From Pseudomonadales bacterium (lineage in GTDB: Bacteria > Pseudomonadota > Gammaproteobacteria > Pseudomonadales > JBECKS01), in contig JBECKS010000211.1 in assembly GCA_040235395.1 (NCBI GenBank), positions 1 through 60,720 of the forward strand: DNA of 60,720 nt. The letters are read 5' to 3'. A program made the position numbers and the translations under genes. Below, piece after piece: positions 18,491 through 31,870 of the stretch. Within the stretch, counting starts at the first letter, position 1; the number at the start of each line of letters is the position of its first letter. The notes beneath the pieces are model-generated. The model was not told the origin of the DNA and searched no databases. It saw nothing but the letters and a program-made list of their open reading frames with translations.

Positions 18491-19735
18491 TGCTTCACCC
18501 CTGCCGTTAAGAAGTTCCTGAATATCTTTTTCTGCAATTCCCATCAGGTAAAGAATTCCATCTAAGCCAAAAGTGCTAATGGATTGTTTGGCTGTCTCTT
18601 TCACAATAGGTTTAGCCCTGAAGGCGATACCCAGACCAGCAGTACTTAACATTTTCAGATCGTTGGCTCCATCACCAACCGCAATAACCTGCTGTAAATT
18701 GATATTTTCTTTTTCTGCAAGCTCCTTTAATAACTCTGCTTTTCTTTCAGCATCAATAATCTCACCACGCACTTTACCACTCAACTTACCATCGATGGTT
18801 TCCAGTTGATTAGCAAAAACATAATCCATGCCTAATTTTTTCTTGATGTAGTTACCAAAATATTCGAAGCCCCCAGAAATAATTGCCGTTTTATAGCCAA
18901 GCACTTTTAAGGTCGATATCAGCTTTTCTACACCTTCACTCAGTTTTAGGTTATTAGCTATATCCTGCAGACAACTTTCCTCAAGCCCTTCAAGCAAAGC
19001 AAGTCGTTTGGTAAAGCTTTCTTTGAATTCAAGTTCACCACGCATCGCTGATTCTGTAATCGCAGCTACCTGCTCTCCTACACCAGCATGTTTTGCCAGC
19101 TCATCAATCACTTCCGCTTCAATCAAGGTTGAATCCATATCAAAGACCACTAAACGCCGATTTCTTCTAAACGCGTTGTCCATCTGAAAAGCAATATCAA
19201 TATCAAGCTGACTGGCAATGTTAAGGAAACTATTCCTTAGCTCTATCCGGCTTGCCGGTTTTCCTCTTATCGAAAGCTCAATACATTCTGGTGTCAGGCT
19301 TTTATTTTCATCACTCAAGGATACCCGACCAGAAAGACGTGTGATGGTTTCAATATTTAATTCATTTTCCGTGATAATTTCGCTCACAGCCTGAAGGTTT
19401 CTCGCACTCATCTTTCGACTCAGCAAAGTCACGATGTAACGATTTTTTCCCTGCTCACTAACCCATGACTGATATTTTTCATCCGAAATGGATTTCCATG
19501 AAACCTCTACAGGCGCATCTGAAACATAAGCCTCAAGTGCCTCCATGACACCTTGAACATTCTTATTGGTAGGTATAGCAACAAGAATCCCTAGCGCCAA
19601 GGTGTTATGAATAACTGACTGACCAATATCCAGAACATCAGCATCATACTCACCCAGAATATGACTAACATCCTTTGTCAGGCCTTGATGGTCTCTGCCA
19701 TTAATCTGTATTAGAAAAATTTGATGTGTACTCAT
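18479..19735 (-). CDS. serB: Phosphoserine phosphatase with N-terminal ACT-like regulatory domains
   Basis: VVFDMDSTLIEAEVIDELA (DxDST), GGFEYF, and GDGANDLKML. Confidence 0.9.
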   Translation of the reverse strand: MSTHQIFLIQINGRDHQGLTKDVSHILGEYDADVLDIGQSVIHNTLALGILVAIPTNKNVQGVMEALEAYVSDAPVEVSWKSISDEKYQSWVSEQGKNRYIVTLLSRKMSARNLQAVSEIITENELNIETITRLSGRVSLSDENKSLTPECIELSIRGKPASRIELRNSFLNIASQLDIDIAFQMDNAFRRNRRLVVFDMDSTLIEAEVIDELAKHAGVGEQVAAITESAMRGELEFKESFTKRLALLEGLEESCLQDIANNLKLSEGVEKLISTLKVLGYKTAIISGGFEYFGNYIKKKLGMDYVFANQLETIDGKLSGKVRGEIIDAERKAELLKELAEKENINLQQVIAVGDGANDLKMLSTAGLGIAFRAKPIVKETAKQSISTFGLDGILYLMGIAEKDIQELLNGRGEAEEE

Positions 19736-19754
19736 TCCCGATTAATCCTGATAG

Positions 19755-22004
19755 CTAGACACTCACAACTTCAGCCTTATCCACTTTCTGTAAACCTTTT
19801 GGCAGTTTCAAGCCTCTGCGACCACGTTCACCACGATAATGTTCCATATCTTTTATTGATAATGTTAAATGCCGCTTACCTGCATGAATAAGTAATTGGT
19901 CCTTACCAGATAATACAGCCACTGCTACCAGAAACTCTTCTCTTGCGCTGGACTTTGCAGAAGGAATATTCATGATTTTATTTCCCTTACCCTTTGAAAG
20001 CTCTGGCAGTTCACTCAATGGAAAACAAAGCATACGCCCTTCATTACTGATAGCAGCTATCAAACTGTCTTCATCCTTTACCATACAAGGCGAAAGTACT
20101 TTCGAATTTTTTGGTGGTTTTAATACAGCTTTTCCATTCTTGTTCTTGGTAATCATGTCTTTTAACTGCACGATAAAACCGTAACCGGCATCAGAACTGA
20201 AAAGATATTTCTGATTCTCATCGCCCATCATTACACCTTCAAAACTTGCTCCTGGCGGACAACTCAGACGCCCCGACAAAGGTTCTCCCTGGCCTCTCGC
20301 TGAAGGAAGTGAATGTGCAGCCTGAGTATAGGTGCGACCCGTAGAATCAAGAAATACAGCGAGTTGATTGCTTTTGCCTTGTGCTGTCATTTTAAGGGAG
20401 TCGCCTGATTTATAACTTAAGGATGCAGCGTCAACCTCATGACCTTTTGCAGCCCTTATCCAGCCTTTATCAGAAAGCACCACAGTAATTGCCTCACTGG
20501 ATACCAGATCTTCTGCTTTAATTGCCTGCGCTTCTGAACGAACAACAATGGCTGAGCGTCTATCATCGCCGTGTGCCTCAATAACTTCTTTTATCTCCTT
20601 GGCAATCAGCTTTTTCATCTTTGCTTTTGAGCCCAGGGTTTTTTCAAGGCTATCCCTTTCCTTTGCCAGATCTTTCTGCTCACCCCGAATTTTTTCTTCT
20701 TCAAGTTTTGCCAAATGCCTTAATTTCAAATCCAGAATAGCTTCAGCTTGCCTGTCAGAAATTTTAAAACGCTTCATTAATACAGGTTTCGGCTTATCTT
20801 CACTACGAATAATGGCGATAACCTCATCGATATTCAGAAAGGCAATTAAAAAGCCTTCAAGGATATGTAAACGTTCCTGAACTTTTTCCAGACGATACTG
20901 CAAACGTTTAGTAACCGTTTCTGTTCTGAAAACCAACCATTCTTCGAGAATGTTCTTTAAACTCTTAACCTGAGGATTGCCATTTATACCAATCACATTC
21001 ATGTTTACGCGATAACTTCGTTCAAGATCGGTAGTTGCAAACAGGTGCATCATGAGTGCTTCTTTATCTATGCGATTTGAACGTGGCTCAATCACAAGGC
21101 GCGTTGGGTTTTCATGATCTGATTCGTCACGTAAATCTGCAACCATTGGCAACTTCTTGGCATTCATTTGCTGTGCAATCTGCTCGAGCACTTTCGCCCC
21201 GGAAGTCTGGTAAGGCAGAGCGGTAATAACAATATCGCCATCTTCCATTTCATACACAGCACGCATACGGAGAGCGCCTTTACCACTTTCATACATTTCT
21301 GCAATTTCATTTGCAGGTGTAATGATTTCTGCATCTGTTGGATAGTCAGGACCTTTAACAATCTTACACAGTTCTGTAATGGTAGTTTTTGGCGCTTCCA
21401 GAAGTTTGATGCAGGCCTCACCAACCTCTCTCAGGTTATGTGGCGGAATATCCGTTGACATACCCACAGCAATACCGCTTGTCCCATTGAGAAGTAAGTT
21501 AGGAATTCTAGCTGGCAGGAGTTTTGGCTCATCCAGAGTTCCATCAAAGTTTGCTTGCCATTCCACCGTACCCTGACCAAGCTCACTTAAAAGAACTTCA
21601 GCATATTTTGACAACTTCGATTCCGTGTATCGCATGGCTGCAAAGGATTTAGGATCATCCACCGAACCCCAGTTTCCCTGCCCCTCAATCAAGGTATAGC
21701 GATATGAAAACGTTTGTGCCATCAACACCATGGCTTCATAACAGGCTGAGTCACCATGGGGGTGAAATTTACCTAACACATCACCAACGGTTCTGGCCGA
21801 CTTTTTATATTTTGCAGAATTCTTTAAACCCAACTCTGACATGGCATACACAATACGACGCTGAACCGGTTTCAAACCATCACCTACATGAGGCAAGGCT
21901 CTATCCAGAATCACATACATGGAATAGTTCAGATACGCATCAGAGGTATATTCCTTTAAGGATTTCTGCTCGATGTTTTGCATGTTATTCGTAAGATCGC
22001 TCAT
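19755..22004 (-). CDS. parC: DNA topoisomerase IV subunit A
   Basis: [26 protein letters not shown] (catalytic Tyr), and adjacent to parE. Confidence 0.93.
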   Translation of the reverse strand: MSDLTNNMQNIEQKSLKEYTSDAYLNYSMYVILDRALPHVGDGLKPVQRRIVYAMSELGLKNSAKYKKSARTVGDVLGKFHPHGDSACYEAMVLMAQTFSYRYTLIEGQGNWGSVDDPKSFAAMRYTESKLSKYAEVLLSELGQGTVEWQANFDGTLDEPKLLPARIPNLLLNGTSGIAVGMSTDIPPHNLREVGEACIKLLEAPKTTITELCKIVKGPDYPTDAEIITPANEIAEMYESGKGALRMRAVYEMEDGDIVITALPYQTSGAKVLEQIAQQMNAKKLPMVADLRDESDHENPTRLVIEPRSNRIDKEALMMHLFATTDLERSYRVNMNVIGINGNPQVKSLKNILEEWLVFRTETVTKRLQYRLEKVQERLHILEGFLIAFLNIDEVIAIIRSEDKPKPVLMKRFKISDRQAEAILDLKLRHLAKLEEEKIRGEQKDLAKERDSLEKTLGSKAKMKKLIAKEIKEVIEAHGDDRRSAIVVRSEAQAIKAEDLVSSEAITVVLSDKGWIRAAKGHEVDAASLSYKSGDSLKMTAQGKSNQLAVFLDSTGRTYTQAAHSLPSARGQGEPLSGRLSCPPGASFEGVMMGDENQKYLFSSDAGYGFIVQLKDMITKNKNGKAVLKPPKNSKVLSPCMVKDEDSLIAAISNEGRMLCFPLSELPELSKGKGNKIMNIPSAKSSAREEFLVAVAVLSGKDQLLIHAGKRHLTLSIKDMEHYRGERGRRGLKLPKGLQKVDKAEVVSV

Positions 22005-22030
22005 AAATCATTATACCTGTCTAAAATTGT

Positions 22031-23929
22031 CTAGGCCTGAATTTCCGCAGAATGTCCATTTTTCTCAATCCAGTCGCGTCTATCAGAAGCACGTTTTTTT
22101 GAAAGCAGCATATCCATGGATTCATCAAGTTTTTTCTCATCATCGATTACCAGCTGAACTAATCGACGTGTATCTTCCGCCATGGTCGTTTCCCTTAATT
22201 GCATCGGGTTCATTTCACCCAAGCCCTTGAAGCGCTGAACATCAATTTTTCCACGTTTTTTCTCTGCATCAATCCTGTCAAGAATACCCTGTTTCTCATC
22301 CTCATCGAGTGCATAAAAAACTTCCTGCCCCACATCAATTCGATAAAGCGGCGGCATAGCAACATACACATGCCCCTCTCTCACCAAGGTGCGGAAATGT
22401 TTTACAAACAAAGCACACAACAAGGTGGCAATGTGTAAACCATCAGAATCCGCGTCAGCCAGAATACATACCTTGTCATAGCGTAAGCCGCTAATATCGC
22501 TGGAATCCGGATCAACGCCCAAGGCAACGGCAATATCATGCACTTCCTGAGACGCAAGAATTTCATTGGAATCCACTTCCCAGGTATTCAGGATTTTTCC
22601 ACGTAAAGGCATGATGGCTTGATAAACCCTGTCACGAGCCTGCTTCGCAGAACCGCCTGCAGAATCACCTTCCACTAAAAACAATTCAGTTTTACTCGTG
22701 TCCTGACTAGTGCAGTCAGCAAGTTTTCCAGGTAAGGCTGGGCCAGACGTTACTTTCTTTCTTTCAACTTTTTTACTGGCTTTTAATCTTTTCTGTGCAC
22801 TGGAAATCACCAGCTCTGCAATGGCTTCTCCATCTGCTGTGTGTTGATTCAACCACAGACTAAACGCATCTTTCACGACACCAGAGATGAAAGGCACTGC
22901 CTGTCGTGACGATAACCTTTCTTTTGTTTGACCTGAAAACTGGGGATCAAGCATTTTTAGCGAAAGGATGTAGGCGCAACGATCCCAAACATCATCAGGT
23001 GAAATCTTGATGCCTTTAGGTATCAGGTTACGGAATTCACAAAATTCACGTATGGCTTCTGCAAGACCCGTTCTTAAACCGCTGACATGAGTCCCGCCTT
23101 GCATGGTAGGAATCAGGTTGACATAACTTTCAGCTGCAGCGCCATCACCCCCTTCAGGTAACCACTGGACAGCCCAATCCACAGCTTCTTCAGTTGCACT
23201 GAAACTACCAACCCACGGAGCAGCTGGTAACACTTCAAAACCTGAAGTGGTTTCCGCCAGATAATCCGATAGTCCTTCCTCATACAACCAGGATTTAGTT
23301 TCTCCCACCAGCTTGTCATGAAAAACAATTTCCAGACCTGGGCACAATACCGCTTTGGCTTTTAACAGATGTTTCAGCCTTGGCGCAGAAATTTTTGGAG
23401 AATCAAAATATTTTTTATCTGGAAGAAAACGAATAACGGTACCGGTCGTTCTTTTTGAACAGTCATCAATTTTTTTCAGCTTAGTTGCCCGATCACCATT
23501 CTTGAAGCCCATGCGATATACACCACCATCTCGCTGAACAGTCACTTCAAGCACCGAGGAAAGCGCATTCACCACTGATACACCCACACCGTGCAAACCA
23601 CCTGAAAACTGATAATTCTTTCCTGAAAATTTTCCACCTGCATGTAAACGCGTAAGAATCAGTTCCACACCGGGAATTCCCTCTTCCTTGTGAATATCAA
23701 CAGGCATGCCGCGCCCATCATCCTTCACCTCAACAGAACCATCTTTATACAGGGTTACTTCGATTTTTTTTGCAAAGCCTGCCAGCGCTTCATCTACACT
23801 ATTATCAACAACCTCCTGAACTAGATGATTCGGTCGTGTTGTATCCGTGTACATGCCCGGTCTTTTCTTAACAGGGTCAAGACCACTCAGGACTTCAATT
23901 TCATCAGCGGTATATTTGCCTTTTGACAT
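22031..23929 (-). CDS. parE: DNA topoisomerase IV subunit B
   Basis: GHKL ATPase (VDNSVDEA, GLHGVG), Toprim (LVEGDSAGG), and PLRGKILN. I prefer ATG 23929 (MSKGKYTADEIEVL) over the track's GTG at 23947. Confidence 0.93.
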   Translation of the reverse strand: MSKGKYTADEIEVLSGLDPVKKRPGMYTDTTRPNHLVQEVVDNSVDEALAGFAKKIEVTLYKDGSVEVKDDGRGMPVDIHKEEGIPGVELILTRLHAGGKFSGKNYQFSGGLHGVGVSVVNALSSVLEVTVQRDGGVYRMGFKNGDRATKLKKIDDCSKRTTGTVIRFLPDKKYFDSPKISAPRLKHLLKAKAVLCPGLEIVFHDKLVGETKSWLYEEGLSDYLAETTSGFEVLPAAPWVGSFSATEEAVDWAVQWLPEGGDGAAAESYVNLIPTMQGGTHVSGLRTGLAEAIREFCEFRNLIPKGIKISPDDVWDRCAYILSLKMLDPQFSGQTKERLSSRQAVPFISGVVKDAFSLWLNQHTADGEAIAELVISSAQKRLKASKKVERKKVTSGPALPGKLADCTSQDTSKTELFLVEGDSAGGSAKQARDRVYQAIMPLRGKILNTWEVDSNEILASQEVHDIAVALGVDPDSSDISGLRYDKVCILADADSDGLHIATLLCALFVKHFRTLVREGHVYVAMPPLYRIDVGQEVFYALDEDEKQGILDRIDAEKKRGKIDVQRFKGLGEMNPMQLRETTMAEDTRRLVQLVIDDEKKLDESMDMLLSKKRASDRRDWIEKNGHSAEIQA

Positions 23930-23987
23930 GGTTTTAATGCCCTTCACTAATGGCTAACTAATCTCAATAAAAACTTCATTGCCAGCA

Positions 23988-24590
23988 CTAAGCTAAAGCC
24001 TGCTGATAAAAATCCAGCATCTCTGGCAGAAAGCGTTCAAAATTCTGAAAACGATGATCGCCTCCAGAAATGACTTTTTGCTTGCAAAGTTTATACTTTT
24101 TTTCAGCAAGACGATAATCCAGAACTTCATCACCCTTTTCAAGAAAACAGTAAATTTTTTCTGGATACTGCAATGCTTCAGCAGAAATACTTTTCAAAAC
24201 GTTTAAATCCTGCTGAACAAATAAATGTTTCTCACCGGTATAGATATTTTCAATCTGCTGGTCGATTAAACCTTCAAAAATCGATTCTGCAAAAGCCACT
24301 GGATTAATAAGTACCGCTGGACAATTAAACAGTTGGGAAGCCCAGGCGGCATAAAATCCTCCCATGGAACTTCCCATAAAGACAGGTCGCTGTTTTTCAG
24401 CCATAAGTCTTTTAATACAAGTTAGCGTTTGTTCTGGTGAAAAAGGAAGATCAGGTGAAAAACAGCTTATATGTGCTAACTCGGGTTTCCTTTCAAGAAA
24501 TTGCTGCAGTGCTTGCGCTTTCTGTGAACGTGAAGACGATTGAAAACCATGAAGGTAAATAATCGTATAACTGCGTTCATTAGTCAGCAT
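23988..24590 (-). CDS. yqiA: YqiA-family esterase (alpha/beta hydrolase, UPF0227)
   Basis: IIYLHGFQSS and GSSMGGFYA. Position between parE and cpdA matches E. coli and Pseudomonas. Confidence 0.8.
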   Translation of the reverse strand: MLTNERSYTIIYLHGFQSSSRSQKAQALQQFLERKPELAHISCFSPDLPFSPEQTLTCIKRLMAEKQRPVFMGSSMGGFYAAWASQLFNCPAVLINPVAFAESIFEGLIDQQIENIYTGEKHLFVQQDLNVLKSISAEALQYPEKIYCFLEKGDEVLDYRLAEKKYKLCKQKVISGGDHRFQNFERFLPEMLDFYQQALA

Positions 24591-24597
24591 TCAGTGT

Positions 24598-25398
24598 CTA
24601 GTTAGTGTGAAAATCGTTTAAGCGCACCACGTCCGTTTCAAAATGCCCGTCATCGTAACAACGTATCCATCGATAGGCTGGGGCTTTTTCATCCAGTGCA
24701 AATTCGCTCATTTCTGGTTTGAACTGGGCGCAGGTTGATGGTGTCGCATAAAAAGGAATTCCCTTTCTCTCTGTTAAACGATCCTGGTGTACATGGCCAT
24801 AGATACAAAGCTTAACGTTGCTGAACCGATCCAGTATCTCAAATAATTTATCGGCATCATCTATCACCTGCTGATCTAACCACTCACAGTTAATCGGCAT
24901 GGGGTGATGATGAAAACAGAGTAGCACTGGTGAATTACCATAAGTGTTTAAGGTAGTTTCAAGGTAAGCAAGTTGTTCGTCTCCAAAGTGCCCGCCTACC
25001 TGATCTTCCACGCTGGAATTAATCAATACAATCTTCCAGGGGGAAGATTTCGTATCCTCTTCAGAAACAATGCAAGGAGCTACCCGTTGTTCTCCAAACT
25101 CATCCAACATAGGCTGGACATAATCATGATTACCTTGCAGGAAATAACAGGGAGCATTAAGGGTATTCAGGAACTGATGAAAGCGTTGATAGGAAGCAAC
25201 GCTTCCATCCTGGGAAATATCGCCCGTAGCAAGAAGTACATCTATTTTTCTATTCCCATCAGCAAGCTCTTTTCTGATTTGATCTAAGGTCTTCTCAAAA
25301 AGAATCTGGGTCTCAACACCATAAATAGCACCCTCCACCTGCTCGCGAAAGTGGATGTCGGTAATCTGCAGGATATCAAGATAATCTTTATGCTTCAT
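24598..25398 (-). CDS. cpdA: 3',5'-cyclic-AMP phosphodiesterase
   Basis: Metallophosphoesterase motifs ITDIHF, GDISQDG, GNHD, HHHP and GHVH, in the conserved neighbourhood. Confidence 0.85.
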   Translation of the reverse strand: MKHKDYLDILQITDIHFREQVEGAIYGVETQILFEKTLDQIRKELADGNRKIDVLLATGDISQDGSVASYQRFHQFLNTLNAPCYFLQGNHDYVQPMLDEFGEQRVAPCIVSEEDTKSSPWKIVLINSSVEDQVGGHFGDEQLAYLETTLNTYGNSPVLLCFHHHPMPINCEWLDQQVIDDADKLFEILDRFSNVKLCIYGHVHQDRLTERKGIPFYATPSTCAQFKPEMSEFALDEKAPAYRWIRCYDDGHFETDVVRLNDFHTN

Positions 25399-25525
25399 TG
25401 AGGCGCAATATTAACATAAGCATTTAAAGGAAACATTGAATTAGCACACGCAGGAAAACATCCAGAAAAAACTAACTCGCTCTTGAAGAAGCTAATTAAA
25501 TTGCACTAAAAAAACAGGAAATAAC

Positions 25526-26029
25526 TTAAACCACCCGATCACTCAAGTCGACACTGTGTCCAAATTTAAGACAATAGCTAAGCCAGTCTGCCAGAAACTC
25601 ATTGCACAGCGCTTTTTCATCCTTTTGCATCATTCTGTCATTGGGGTATTGGTAACTCGGTCGGAGTTTTCCTACACCCTGAAAAGAAAGCACCTCTGCC
25701 ATTCTGGCATCATGGTATAAACGCACATCCATACGAGTTGAGGTCTTCAATGACACATCTTCCTGAATCAGTCTCAAACTGGTTGTATAGCGACAACGCT
25801 CAAGAATCTCGATTCGTATCTTACCCAAGTCGTGCTCTTTTCTTGAAAGACCGAACATCCTCAAGTCTTCAGTCTCGAAATAAGGAAGCAATTGCATCAT
25901 CTTGGCATAGTTGGCATCGCACAGGCTCATGAATGCAGAAAGATCAGGAATATAATGGCGTTTAACATCATCATGTTTCAATAACTGACGTTTCCCACCA
26001 CTTTTCTGTTTAACAACATCAATCGTCAT
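25526..26029 (-). CDS. DUF1249 (YqiB-like) protein
   Basis: 167 aa, CDANYAKMMQLLP motif, and position between cpdA and nudF. Confidence 0.7.
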   Translation of the reverse strand: MTIDVVKQKSGGKRQLLKHDDVKRHYIPDLSAFMSLCDANYAKMMQLLPYFETEDLRMFGLSRKEHDLGKIRIEILERCRYTTSLRLIQEDVSLKTSTRMDVRLYHDARMAEVLSFQGVGKLRPSYQYPNDRMMQKDEKALCNEFLADWLSYCLKFGHSVDLSDRVV

Positions 26030-26035
26030 AACTGC

Positions 26036-26662
26036 TTAAACACCTGCTCTTTCTCTACCGGAATTCACATAAGCCTGAAGCCACTGTAAGGCTATGATGC
26101 CTATAGCATTATTCATTTGTCCAGTTTTCAATAGCTCAAAGGCTGTTTCACAGGACAGCACATGCACCTTGATATCTTCGTTTTCTGAAGCCAAACCGTG
26201 TAAGCCGCCAAGCCCCCTTGCATCTACCTCGGCGTAAAAAAGATAGAGTTTTTCATTACAGGCTCCTGGGCTCAGATAAAACTCATGAATCAGTTTCAGA
26301 GAAAGCAACTCACAACCCGCTTCTTCCATACTTTCCCTTCGGGCTATTTGCTCAGGTGTTTCATTGGTATCCATTAAACCGGCAACCAGTTCAAGCATCC
26401 ATGGCGTCTGGCTGTCTTCCAAGGCTCCTACCCTGAATTGCTCAATTAACACAACAGCATCGCGCACAGGGTCATGCATTAACACCGCCACTGCATCTTT
26501 TCTTACCATCAATTCCCTTGAAATCGCTTCGCTCAAACCACCCGCAAATAGTCTATGTTTAAGTGAAAAACGATCCACCGCAAGAAAGCCATCATAAAGC
26601 CGCTCTCGCTCAAGAATCTCTACATCTTCCGGGGTAAATGTTTCGCGTTTAAAACCAGACAT
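26036..26662 (-). CDS. nudF: ADP-ribose pyrophosphatase (Nudix)
   Basis: Nudix box GLMDTNETPEQIARRESMEEAG, 208 aa, with matching synteny. Confidence 0.85.
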   Translation of the reverse strand: MSGFKRETFTPEDVEILERERLYDGFLAVDRFSLKHRLFAGGLSEAISRELMVRKDAVAVLMHDPVRDAVVLIEQFRVGALEDSQTPWMLELVAGLMDTNETPEQIARRESMEEAGCELLSLKLIHEFYLSPGACNEKLYLFYAEVDARGLGGLHGLASENEDIKVHVLSCETAFELLKTGQMNNAIGIIALQWLQAYVNSGRERAGV

Positions 26663-26663
26663 C

Positions 26664-28568
<1,905 letters not shown>

Positions 28569-28775
28569 CTAGTCTGGTGTGGGTAAATCTGAATTGCAGC
28601 GTATGCATGTACACATAAAGTACAAAAGCATGGAGCTATACTAGCAGTAATACCAATTCTGAAAAACTTTATTGCTGAGCTGAGTCTTTAACCACAATTG
28701 GAAAGTGGGTATCCTGAGCGACCATCTAGAAGTGGTTAAATAAGCTAGAAAAGCCCGTAATAACACCCAGACACT

Positions 28776-30152
28776 ATGTATTCATCATTTTCCGTAAAAA
28801 CCATTTGCTTACGTTTTCTTATGCTCTTGCTGTGTTGCAGCAGCACTTATGCATTGGCAGAAGACTTGATGCAGATTCATACTTCCATTCAGGAAAATGA
28901 TCCGTCCTGGCATGCCAGCCAATCCGCTTACAAGGCGGGAAAACAATCAAGCGGTCTTGGCAGGGCTTATTTGCTTCCCAGTGTCGTCATTAGTGGCGAA
29001 CACAAGGATGTTACCCAGAAACCTGAGTGTAATGGTGCGCCAGGTTGCACAGAAGATGAAGTCAACTTCACTTCAACCAGCTACCAAGTAAAGGTTGTAC
29101 AACCGCTTTTTGATAAAGGCAAATGGCATACTTACCGTGGTGGAAAAGCCGATGCTGAACTTGCTGAAATACAGTACCAGGACGCACTACAAACCAATAT
29201 CTACGATACGGCTGATCTTTATTTCAATGTGCTTCGCGCTCAGGAAGATTACAACCTGGCTGAAGCTGAACGTCTGGCGCTTGAAACACAATTGAAGGAA
29301 ATCAAGGCAAAAGCAGATGCGGGCGTTACTGACCAGACGGAAGTAATTGAAACACAGGCATCTTACGACCTTGCCACTGTCAACCAGATTACGCTGCTCA
29401 GCTACCTCAAGGTTGCCTATGAAGACTTAGTAACGAGAACTAAAATCAAGAACCCTTCTGTGATGAGTCTCTCTAATGATTATCCCATTGAATATTTACA
29501 ACCTTTCGATGAACAGTTCTGGGTAAATAAAGCAGCAGAAAACAGTCCTAAGCTTCTGGCGCTACGCCAAGAGGTTGCTATTGCCAAACAGAATTACCGG
29601 GAAAAAACGTCAGGCATCTACCCTTCTGTTGATCTCTTTGCAACCTTACTGGATCAGGATCAGGAAGGCGGTTTCTATTTTACCAACGGACAGACAGAGG
29701 CCTTCGGGATTCATGTTGAGTGGCCAATATTTGCAGGCTTAGGTGATTACTACACAGCGAAGCAACAAAAGGCGCTCTTTATAGAGAGCAGTGAAAACGT
29801 TCAGGCAGAAAGTCAGGAGTTTTCACAACTCGTCAGGAACCGTTTCCGTTCTATTTACACCGATGTATTAAAAGTAAATGCGCGAAAACAATACATGCTG
29901 TCATCGGAACGAGCACTAAAAGCTGTTAAAGCGCAATACGATATTGGTTCAAGGGATATGATTGATGTGCTCAATGCCCAACAACAGTTTTTTTCAGCAC
30001 AAAAAGAATATGCACACTCTCGTTATGATTATGTGCTTGATCTCATGCAACTAAAACTTTTTATTGGCGAACTAAGTCTTGAGGATTTAAAAACGCTCAA
30101 CGAATATCTGGTTGTCGATGAAAAGCTAATGCCCTTTGACCAGATTCCATAA
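28776..30152 (+). CDS. tolC: TolC-family outer-membrane channel
   Basis: Signal peptide ending in ALA. Two repeated coiled-coil/beta halves, with the typical YLPSVVISG start of the mature protein. Lies next to thiC, as opmH does in P. aeruginosa. Confidence 0.85.
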   Translation: MYSSFSVKTICLRFLMLLLCCSSTYALAEDLMQIHTSIQENDPSWHASQSAYKAGKQSSGLGRAYLLPSVVISGEHKDVTQKPECNGAPGCTEDEVNFTSTSYQVKVVQPLFDKGKWHTYRGGKADAELAEIQYQDALQTNIYDTADLYFNVLRAQEDYNLAEAERLALETQLKEIKAKADAGVTDQTEVIETQASYDLATVNQITLLSYLKVAYEDLVTRTKIKNPSVMSLSNDYPIEYLQPFDEQFWVNKAAENSPKLLALRQEVAIAKQNYREKTSGIYPSVDLFATLLDQDQEGGFYFTNGQTEAFGIHVEWPIFAGLGDYYTAKQQKALFIESSENVQAESQEFSQLVRNRFRSIYTDVLKVNARKQYMLSSERALKAVKAQYDIGSRDMIDVLNAQQQFFSAQKEYAHSRYDYVLDLMQLKLFIGELSLEDLKTLNEYLVVDEKLMPFDQIP

Positions 30153-30195
30153 ACTGCCATACTTGCGTAAATGTTCTTAAATCATTTAGCTCATT

Positions 30196-31122
30196 ATGGC
30201 TTTTCAACCTTCTCAATGGACTGATGTCCTTAGCTCCCTGCTTAATCCTGAACAACGTCATCGCAACGACCTGAGCACCCATCAGCAACTTAACTGGAAC
30301 CGTTACTCGAACACACTTCCCGACGGTTTACATTTGCAATGGTTAAGTACCGCCGGATTTCGTTTCGACTATCAGGGTTACACCTTGTTGATTGATCCTT
30401 ATTTCACACGCCCCAATCTGAGAAGAACCGTAATGACTTCTCATCTTGAAGCAGAATTGCCTACCATTGAACGCTATCTTGAGAAAGCTGACGCTGTGCT
30501 TTGTGGTCATACTCATTTTGATCATGCGCTAGATATTCCTGAAATCGTAAAACGTTATCAGTGTCAGGCTTTTGGTTCGTCTTCACTGAAACATTTACTT
30601 TCATTGAATGGATTACAGGAAAAAGCCACAGAAATTGAATGTGGGAAAGTTTATGAGCTTGGTCCTTTCGAAGTGACTTTCATTAAAAGTATTCATTCAA
30701 AACTACTTCTGGGTTTGAAAATTCCTTCTGAAGGCGAGCTTTGTTGTGAACATCTGGATCAACTTGGCGCTGGAAACTATCGTTGCGGGCAAGTTTACGG
30801 CATCCACATCAAGGTGGCAGGCGTAACTTTCTATCATCAAGGTAGCGCCAACCTGATTGAAGATACCATCATTCATCGCAATGTAGATTACTTTCTAGCG
30901 GGCATTGCAGGACGAAGTTTCACCAAGAATTACACAAAGCGCATTCTGCATGCCCTGTCTCCCTCCGTGATTATTCCTCATCACTTCGATAATTTTTTTG
31001 GAAATCTTGATCAGGATTTACGCTTCAGTCTTAATGTTAATCTCACAGGTTTCGTTGAAGAAGTGAAGGAAGTTTCAACTGACTTTGAGGTGAGAACGCT
31101 GGAAATACTACAACGCATCTAG
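30196..31122 (+). CDS. MBL-fold metallo-hydrolase
   Basis: LCGHTHFDHALD gives the HxHxDH motif. The later His/Asp ligands are also present (HQGS, IIPHHFD). Confidence 0.75.
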   Translation: MAFQPSQWTDVLSSLLNPEQRHRNDLSTHQQLNWNRYSNTLPDGLHLQWLSTAGFRFDYQGYTLLIDPYFTRPNLRRTVMTSHLEAELPTIERYLEKADAVLCGHTHFDHALDIPEIVKRYQCQAFGSSSLKHLLSLNGLQEKATEIECGKVYELGPFEVTFIKSIHSKLLLGLKIPSEGELCCEHLDQLGAGNYRCGQVYGIHIKVAGVTFYHQGSANLIEDTIIHRNVDYFLAGIAGRSFTKNYTKRILHALSPSVIIPHHFDNFFGNLDQDLRFSLNVNLTGFVEEVKEVSTDFEVRTLEILQRI

Positions 31123-31126
31123 TTTG

Positions 31127-31867
31127 CTAAGAATGGCTTGAACGCTGCTGTCTCATAAAAAGATAAAAACCACTAAGGGAGATAAGCACAAAAAAAACAG
31201 CAAAAGCATCCATAACATACACACCTGCGATTCCAAATAAACGACCGCTGTGTGCATCTAGCAGAATTCGTTCAATACTCACACCGTCACGCGGCAAGTA
31301 AGCAATATACTTTTCTGGCAAAGCAATCTTTTCTACAACTTCCTTTTGCATGTTTGCTTCATGACCAGATTCACTGAAAAGCTCCAATGCTTCTAAATCC
31401 AATCTCCACTGTTCCATGCCTTCGTTACCATTCCCTTCCAAAATCACCATATCGTTTTCAAGCCATATAGATTCGGGATACTTTCCTATAAGGGAAAAAA
31501 CAAGCTCATCAAGCAGTAAACCTTCTTCAGACAGAACAAAGAGCGCCTGTTTTTCCAATACAAGCACATAGTTTTTAAATTCAAGTATTTTTAAATCTGG
31601 AGAACTACATGCCGACAACATTTGATTATCTACATAAAGATGACCTGAACTACAATAAATATAATGCTGGTTTAGCAGATAGGCTTCTGGCACTTGTAGT
31701 TTGATGCCATATAAATCGTTAAGCCAATCACTGTGAATAGACCGCTTATTAAAATCAAAATAATCGCTGTGATTTATCAGAATCCCTGAAAAAGCCAACC
31801 AGATGACAACAACAAAAGACATGAGCCCCAGACGTCGATGCCATGTTCTGAAAAAAATCCTGCTCAT
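31127..31867 (-). CDS. PepSY_TM-type membrane protein (two terminal TM helices, His-bearing)
   Basis: N-terminal WHRRLGLMSFVVVIWLAFSGILINH and C-terminal DAHSGRLFGIAGVYVMDAFAVFFVLISLSGFYLF match the PepSY-associated TM helix pattern. The start overlaps the stop region of the upstream gene (TAATTAATG). Confidence 0.65.
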   Translation of the reverse strand: MSRIFFRTWHRRLGLMSFVVVIWLAFSGILINHSDYFDFNKRSIHSDWLNDLYGIKLQVPEAYLLNQHYIYCSSGHLYVDNQMLSACSSPDLKILEFKNYVLVLEKQALFVLSEEGLLLDELVFSLIGKYPESIWLENDMVILEGNGNEGMEQWRLDLEALELFSESGHEANMQKEVVEKIALPEKYIAYLPRDGVSIERILLDAHSGRLFGIAGVYVMDAFAVFFVLISLSGFYLFMRQQRSSHS

Positions 31868-31870
31868 TAA